A DNA stretch of 64,000 nucleotides from Thermoplasmatota archaeon (GTDB lineage Archaea > Thermoplasmatota > Thermoplasmata > UBA10834). The stretch's first letter is position 1; every line of letters begins with the position of its first letter. Positions 57,395 to 64,000 of this stretch are shown one piece after another. The notes below the pieces were generated by a model that had not been told where the DNA came from, did not search any database, and saw only the letters and a list, made by a program, of their open reading frames with translations. The translations under genes and the position numbers were made by a program. Location of the stretch: positions 565,876 to 629,875 of the forward strand of contig CAWFTI010000003.1 of NCBI GenBank assembly GCA_963818745.1. The letters run 5' to 3'.

Positions 57395-58438
57395 CTACAT
57401 CGGGTTGCGCGAGAAGTAGTCGAACACCAGCCGCGCGATCTCGGCCTGTGCCCGTATGGCCCTCTGCGTGTCCCCGTCCCCCAGATTCTTGAAGAACGAG
57501 CTCAGGACGACATGGGACTTCGTCGACACGAAGATTATTCCGGCGTTCGTGAGGCTCGCTGCGCTCACGCCGGATTTCAGGGCGACAGGTATGTCGGGGG
57601 ACAGGAGGCACGACATGGACTGCGGGTCCTTCTGCCTCATCAGAAGGCTCAACATCTGCTCGCAGGCCTTGCGCGAGACCACCTCGTGCTTCAGGATCTT
57701 CTCCATCAGCATCGCGACCTCCCTGGGGGTCCCCAGGTTGTCGAAGGCCTCGTCGTACACCCGCTGCGTCTTGAGCTTCTTCTCAGCCTTGAACCCGTAT
57801 ATGCTCTCGTACTTGCTCCTGAAGTCCTCGATCGAGAGGCACGCGGCCTCCCGCTCGGTCTCGTTGAGGGCCTTCATCCGCTCCATGTCCGAGAGGCTTT
57901 TCCACTTGCGCGCGGCATCTGGGATCGGGAGCGCCTTGTAGGGCCCGTACCCCATCGACATCAGGAAGCTCTCCCGGTACGGGATGTATATGGACATCTT
58001 CGCGAGGCCGAGCTCCTTCATCAGCATCCCGACCCTCTGGATGCCTATCCGCTTCCAGAGCATCTCGGACGCTGTGTTGTCGGTCTCTAGGATCATGAGC
58101 GCGAGGAGGTCCTGGACGGTCGGCTTGAGCCCTGGCGACAGATACTGCAGCACGCCCTCGCCTATGCAGTAGTGCCTAGGCTCGAGCTCTATCCTCTCGT
58201 CGAGAGATATCAGCCCGTCCTCGACCTGCCGGTAGGTCTCGACCATCACCGCGAGCTTGAACACGCTCGCGAGCGGGTAGGTCTTGTCAGCGTCTATGGC
58301 GACCTCCCTGCCGCTCTCGACGTGCTTGAGGTACAGCCCCACCTGGCCCTTGACCTCCTTGGCCGCCTTGATGATGTCCGCGCGAAGCCTGACCAGCTCC
58401 GGGGAGGCATATGACTGCTTCTTGTGGTCGGTCGTCAA
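57395..58438 (-). CDS. Class A beta-lactamase-like serine hydrolase
   Basis: YPLASVFK, ETDNTAS, TPRE, KSG; no signal peptide. Confidence 0.85.
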   Translation of the reverse strand: MTTDHKKQSYASPELVRLRADIIKAAKEVKGQVGLYLKHVESGREVAIDADKTYPLASVFKLAVMVETYRQVEDGLISLDERIELEPRHYCIGEGVLQYLSPGLKPTVQDLLALMILETDNTASEMLWKRIGIQRVGMLMKELGLAKMSIYIPYRESFLMSMGYGPYKALPIPDAARKWKSLSDMERMKALNETEREAACLSIEDFRSKYESIYGFKAEKKLKTQRVYDEAFDNLGTPREVAMLMEKILKHEVVSRKACEQMLSLLMRQKDPQSMSCLLSPDIPVALKSGVSAASLTNAGIIFVSTKSHVVLSSFFKNLGDGDTQRAIRAQAEIARLVFDYFSRNPM

Positions 58439-58699
58439 GTTCCAGCTCCATGTAGCGCGTTGAACGGGTTTCCAGGGGGTAGAATTCCCAGTGGATGCTC
58501 GCCCTACTGCGCTCGAAAGGATTGCCTCGTCAATATTTAGGTACTTCTATGCCACGGAGCGTGGACGCGCGTTCCGAGAACGCACCACGTCTGGCACGGC
58601 CATGAAGGCCGGGCAACGATGTTCGATAGACTGACAACGGTGAATCGCCACGACATGTACAGGGGGCCAGTGGGCCAGAGGGGCAGACACAAAATGAGA

Positions 58700-58822
58700 G
58701 ACAACGGAGATTGGAAGAAGGCTTGTGGACCCGTTCAGGGGGATTAATTGGGGGGGGAGGAGAGTATAGCTGACCCGGGTCCCGAAGGAAAAACCTTGTG
58801 TTCCTTCTTCCAATCTCTTGTC
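58700..58822 (-). ncRNA. Candidate structured sRNA with a C-rich loop
   Basis: Perfect 15-bp inverted repeat 58707-58721/58803-58817, outer GACAA/TTGTC, inner GGACCCG/CGGGTCC; minus-strand TATAT about 25 nt upstream. Confidence 0.5.
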
Positions 58823-58939
58823 AGAGGCATCGCGGACGTCCGCTCATATAGCTATGTCCCCTGGAATCACCGCTGATAACATCCTCTGATTCCTAGGACG
58901 ACAAAAAGGTTATCGGCTGGCTGACGATACTGGCACCGG

Positions 58940-59660
58940 ATGGAATCGCGCCGACGGAGCAACCACGACCGGGGCCTGCCCGAGCGGATAAGGGCGGTCG
59001 TGTTCGATCTCGATGACACCCTCGTGACGTCCACCGTTAACTACGGCAAGTTCAAGTCCTTGGTCATCGACAGGATCGTCTCGTACGGCGAGGACCGGTC
59101 TTCCTACAGCCCGACCGAGACGGTGGTCAGCATCATATCCAGGTACGAGAAGAGGCTCATGGAGGAAGGCGCGGCCGAGGGAGAGATCCGCAGTAGGCTC
59201 TCGGAGCTGGACAGGATAATGGACGAGGTCGAGCTCGAGAGGGTCAACGAGACCGTACCCATCGAAGGCGCCGCGGGCCTGCTCAGGACCATCAGGGCGA
59301 AGGGGGTCAAGGTCGGCGTGCTGACCAGGGGGTGCCAGGCATATGCGGGATCGGCCCTTTCCGTGAGCGGTCTGGCGGACCTCGTCGACGCGATCGAGTG
59401 CCGCAACTCCGACACGAAGCCGAAGCCCGACCCGGAATCCTACCTCAGGCTCGTGGAGATGCTCGGGGTGAGAAAGGAGGAGACCGTGTTCGTCGGCGAC
59501 CACCTCATAGACGCGAAGTGCGCTTCGAACGCGGGCGTGCCCTTCATAGGTGTCCTCACGGGGGATGTGCCGGAGGAAGAGCTGCTGAGGGGCGGGAGCG
59601 TCAGGGTCTTCAGGGACGCGGGGGAGATGGCGTCCTGGCTCGAGGAGTCCTTAAGAGTAG
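58940..59660 (+). CDS. HAD family hydrolase (stop probably lost by an indel; the called ORF runs on to 60175)
   Basis: FDLDDTL, LTR, KPDP, VGDHLID. Confidence 0.88.
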
Positions 59661-59716
59661 CACAAATGTTCTGTCACATGTGGCACTGGCTCGAGATTAT
59701 GGCCTATAAAAGCGCA

Positions 59717-60289
59717 TCATCTGTGCCCGGCGTCCAAGAGCCTGATCGCGCCGTTCGAGGTGTCGAGGATGCCCTCGTCCTGTATGTCGACCTCGGGCCT
59801 CGGAGCGACCGGTTCCAGGTTCCTCTCGAGCAGCGCCAACTCCCGCTCGCTCAGGGTCCTAGGGTCTACGGGGACGAAGAGCGTGCAATCGTTGGTCACC
59901 ACGATGTCCCTGAGCTGATTCATGAACTGCAGCATGCGGTCGTACGTGTTGAGCGAGACCAGGTACTCGAACCCGTCGATTATCACGGCGCTCTTCGGGT
60001 TCGATTCGATGAACGCCCGGACCTGGCTCATGAGTATGCCCACCGCCGTGGGGTTGATCCTGCCGTCGCCCACGAGGTTCGTGAGCCAGACCAGCCTGCA
60101 CGCGCCAAGCTCGCGGTCGGTCAGGAGCTTCTTCGGGAAGTCGCGAGTGATGACCATGCCGCAGCAGCCGGATGAGAGCATCTGCTCGAAAAGCTCGTAG
60201 CTGAACTTCGGCCGCTTCTCTTCGACCAGGTAGACGTTGCCTGGCTTCGGCTCAAAGGCTATGGCACTACCTGAGTAACCATTGGCCAA
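59717..60289 (-). CDS. Stand-alone DUF835 protein
   Basis: VYLVEEKRP, GMVITRDFP, VWLT, IIDGFEYLVSLN. Confidence 0.85.
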   Translation of the reverse strand: MANGYSGSAIAFEPKPGNVYLVEEKRPKFSYELFEQMLSSGCCGMVITRDFPKKLLTDRELGACRLVWLTNLVGDGRINPTAVGILMSQVRAFIESNPKSAVIIDGFEYLVSLNTYDRMLQFMNQLRDIVVTNDCTLFVPVDPRTLSERELALLERNLEPVAPRPEVDIQDEGILDTSNGAIRLLDAGHR

Positions 60290-60390
60290 CGACGCATCCC
60301 ATCCGTTGTGTAGGTATACATATTTCGCGTTATATAATACTGTTGATGCGGGCATGCCAGTGGAGAATTATTCGGACCGTCAGGAGCGCG

Positions 60391-60654
60391 TCATGCCCTG
60401 CCGCAGAAGACCCTCGTCCGGTCGGCGCCGATCTCGCCGTGGCCGCATCTCTCGCAGTCCTCTATCGTCGCTGCGGCCTTGAAGTCGTAGGTGCAGGGGG
60501 TCATGAAGAACTTGGTCTCGCCGGCGCAGAGCACCCTGCTCTTGTCGCTGATCAGGGTCCCGTGGGGACAGCACTGGCATTCGAGCGCGGTCACGGAGCG
60601 GGACTCGCCGAAGTCGCACCGGGTCAGGAAGAGCTTGTGGACCTTCGCGGACAT
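60391..60654 (-). CDS. Small Cys-rich protein with two tandem repeats
   Basis: Two copies of C-x12-CxxCxHG-x7-RVxC. Confidence 0.7.
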   Translation of the reverse strand: MSAKVHKLFLTRCDFGESRSVTALECQCCPHGTLISDKSRVLCAGETKFFMTPCTYDFKAAATIEDCERCGHGEIGADRTRVFCGRA

Positions 60655-60921
60655 GTTGACACTGCGACGGCCAATCGTTATCGTAGTTGATATTGATTTA
60701 GGAAGCTGGGCCTGGGTCCGGGCGAACGGGGTCGGCGGGGAATCCGGCCCCGGGCAGACTTACTGACCTGGGCTCCGGGAGCCCTCGGACGGTGCCTCCA
60801 GCCCGTCGACGTCACGCCTGCGAACCTCCCCGAAAGCTTTTATCACATGGAAATCGTTGAGGTCGGGAACAGGGTGCACTCGGCCTTTTAGGTCAGGCGA
60901 GGGACTGCTCGGAGAAGTCAG

Positions 60922-63037
60922 ATGCCAGATTCACCGGTGATCGACAAGGAACTCCTGGTCTCGTCGCTCCAGGACGGAGTCTTCGTATGCAAGAAGACGG
61001 GCGAGCTGCTGTGCTTCAACCCCGTGATGGCGAAGATGCTGGGATATCCGGCCGACAGGTTCGCCAGCAGGAACATGGCGAAGGACCTCGCGGAGAGGGA
61101 GCTCGAGTGGAGGGCGCTGATATCCCTCATCGAACAGGGCAGCCCGATAGCAGACTACGAGATGAAGTTCAGGAAGGCCGACGGGACGACCGCGCACATA
61201 GCGCTCTCGGCGGTCACGTACAAGGACCCCAGTGGCATGCCCATCGGCATCGCCGGCGTGCTCAGGGACATATCCACGCGCAAGGGCGTGGAGATCGACC
61301 TCAGGGAGAAGGCGTTCAGGATAGACATCATGAACAAGATCGCCAAGCTCGCCGGGGCGAACATAGACGTCAGGCGGGTGCTCCTGGGCATCAGCGAGGA
61401 GCTCAGGAAGCTCATCAACTTCGACCAGCTCAGCATGTGCGTGACGGAGGAGAAGGGACGGCATGTGGAGGTGTACGTGCCGGACCCGGGGAACTCCGCC
61501 GCGGCGAAGGTGCTCGGCCGGGTGCCCTTCGAGGGCAGCCTCGTCGAGAAGCTGAAGTACGGCGGCAAGGCGGTCATCATCGAGAAGGACGCGAACAGGA
61601 AACTGTTCTCCGAGTTCGGGGTCCTCGACACGACGAAGACCAGCTCCATGATCGCCGTGCCCCTCACCAGCAGAGGACGCGTGCTCGGATCATTGAACAT
61701 ATCGCACTCGAAGCAGGGGGAGTACAACTGGGAGAGCGCCGAGGTGCTCCAGATGGTTGCCGACCAGGTCGCGGGCCTGATCGACAACATGGTCCTCCTC
61801 ACGACCCTCGAGAACAAGATCAAGCTCCACGAGACCCTGCTCAAGTCCGGGGTTGAGCTCCAGAAGGCCATCAGCACGGAGCAGATATACGGCGCGATAG
61901 CGGCGCACATAACCGAGGTCGTGCCGTGCAAGGACCTGTCGTTCTACATGGTCGACTGGCAGAAGCGCCTCATATACCCCGTGCACGCGGTCGGCACATA
62001 CACGGACGAGATCATGTCCGCCCCGGGAGGGCTCGACGATGGCATCGTGGGCGTGGTGGCCCAGACGGGCAAGGCGGAGTTCGTGGACGATGTCGACTCC
62101 GACCCGAGGGCTGCCGACGTGCCCGGCACACCGTACGAGCACAACTCGATGCTGGCGATCCCGCTCACAGGCAGCGAGGGCGTCCTGGGCGTCCTCGAGC
62201 TGTACAGGGACAGAGGCCAGGTCTTCTCGATGAGCGACCTCGATGCGGGGATGCTGTTCGCGCAGCAGGCCGCGATATCCCTCCAGAACTCCAAGCTCCT
62301 GGCGAGGATACAGGAAGCCAAGAAGGAGATCGAGATGCTGAACGACCTCATGTTCCACGACATCAACAACTACAACTTCGCCACGCTCAACTACGTCGAG
62401 CTGATCGCCAAGAGCCCGGACGTGCCGCACGCGTACAAGCCGTACCTGGACAAGTCGCTCCAGCTCATCAGGCAGAACGCGAAGCTGATCGAGAACGTCA
62501 AGAAGCTGACCAAGATAGGCGCCATGGAGACGAAGAGCTTCGTGCCGGTCAACCTCTCGGACGTGCTCAGGAAGATCATCGTCCGCCGTGAGCAGCGCCT
62601 CGCCATCGAAGAGGGTCAGCATCACGTGCAACGTGCCCGAGACGGGCGCGTTCATCATGGCCAACTCGCTCGTCGACGAGCTTTTCGTGAACCTGCTCAA
62701 CAACGCCGTCAAGTACGACCCCCACGAGGAGGTCGAGGTGGAGGTCGACTGCTCCAAGGTCCTGGAGGACGGCAAGCCCTGCTGGAAGGTGTGCGTCGCC
62801 GACCACGGGTACGGCATCCCGGACGACAAGAAGGCCAGGCTCTTCCAGAAGTACGTCCGCCTCAAGCCCGACTCGAACGTCGCGGGGACCGGCCTCGGGC
62901 TGTCCATATGCCGGGCGCTCTCGGACAAGTTCGCCGGGCGGATATGGGTCGAGGACAGGGAGAAGGGCAAGAGCGAGCTGGGGGCGAAGTTCTGCGTCGT
63001 GTTCCCGGCGGCCAGGCACCAAGAGGAGAAGGCATAG
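60922..63037 (+). CDS. PAS-GAF-GAF sensor histidine kinase (frameshift near 62585)
   Basis: PAS ending RDISTRK, two GAF domains, H-box FHDINN, NLLNNAVKY, DHGYGI, GTGLGL. Confidence 0.92.
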
Positions 63038-64000
63038 TGCCCATCGATCCGAGAGCGACCCCGTCGGACCACGGCGCTGCGGACAAGCGGTTCACAGTCT
63101 CCGTTTCAAGATGTTCTTCCTACGAGCCAGTAGTTGTCGAACGCGCGGTCATGGAATCCGTCAAGGCGCTCGGCGGCATCGAGAGGTTCGTGAAGCCAGG
63201 CGAAACGATCCTGGTCAAGCCCAACATGCTCTCGGCGAGGGCGCCCGAGGACGCGGTCACGACGCATCCGGAGGTCGTGAGAGCGGTCATAAGGATGGTA
63301 AAGGCCGCAGGGGCGACGCCGATAGTCGGCGATTCCCCCTCGGGGCTCTCGACGGACGGCATCCTCGACAAGCTCGCGGAGAGGACCGGGATAGCGAGGG
63401 TCTGCGAAGAGGAGAAGGTCGAGTTCGCCCATTTCACCGAGTCGAAGAACGTGCGGTTCGAGCGCGGAGTGGTCGCCAAGTCGTTCGAGCTCACGACCGT
63501 CCTGGACAGGGTCGACGGAGTCGTCTCCGTCGCGAAGATGAAGACCCACACGCTCACGGGGATCACGGGCGCCGTCAAGAACCTGTTCGGGCTCATCCCC
63601 GGCCTGAAGAAGGCGGAGTACCACTTCAGGATGAAGGACAAGGAGGCGTTCTCGGCGATGCTGGTCGACCTCGCGGAATGCGTCCGGCCGAGGCTGACCG
63701 TCATGGACGCCGTGCGTCGGCATGGACGGCGACGGACCTTCGGGGGGCACCAAGAAGGACATCGGCCTGGTGATCGCCTCGGACGACGTGCACGCCCTCG
63801 ATGCGTTCTTCCTGCACTCCGTGGGGGCGGATGTGTCATCCGTCCCGACGGTGAGGATCGCGAGGGAGCGCGGACTGGGGCCGAAGGACATCGATGAGGT
63901 GCGGGTCGTCGGGGACGGGCGCGCTGCGGATGAAGCTGCGACGGCTTCAGGATGCCCTCGACCGCGCAGCAGTACGGCCGGATACCGATGGCGCTCGGGA
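63037..64000 (+). CDS. DUF362 family Fe-S protein, 3'-truncated and frameshifted
   Basis: LVKPNML, TTHPEV, GDSP, KMKTH, TGAVKNLFG. Confidence 0.88.

Noticed and set aside
63037..63897. Histidine kinase-DUF362 fusion (991-aa ORF)
   Set aside because: Artefact of the frameshift near 62585; the HATPase domain ends at 63037 in another frame

Overview
GC-rich archaeal chromosome segment, most likely Thermoplasmatota. This call is inferred from TATA-type promoters, an archaeal tRNA-Gly, archaeal-type GlyRS and ValRS, a ThiDN fusion, DUF835 proteins and a surface protein with a longin-like tail. About 50 genes, mostly housekeeping: Rad50, folC, DEAD helicase, valS, glyS, thiDN, copA, ligA, polX, several peptidases and a histidine kinase. 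About 18 genes carry single-base frameshifts, including valS, so these are most likely assembly indels rather than pseudogenes. Best leads: (1) a Rab-like small GTPase next to a ~1400-aa cadherin/Ig surface protein with a cytoplasmic longin-like domain, plus a separate longin-headed giant coiled-coil protein; (2) a solo TnpB whose third RuvC acidic residue is His, with an intact-looking omega-RNA scaffold; (3) an unannotated H/ACA-type guide RNA whose pocket fits 23S helix 71; (4) a long-stem candidate sRNA with an anti-Shine-Dalgarno-like C-rich loop; (5) a translationally coupled PolX-PHP / NAD-dependent ligase pair; (6) a ValRS with KMSKS replaced by PMHAS. No CRISPR array or rRNA was seen. 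All family calls come from motif recognition by eye; no database searches were run.
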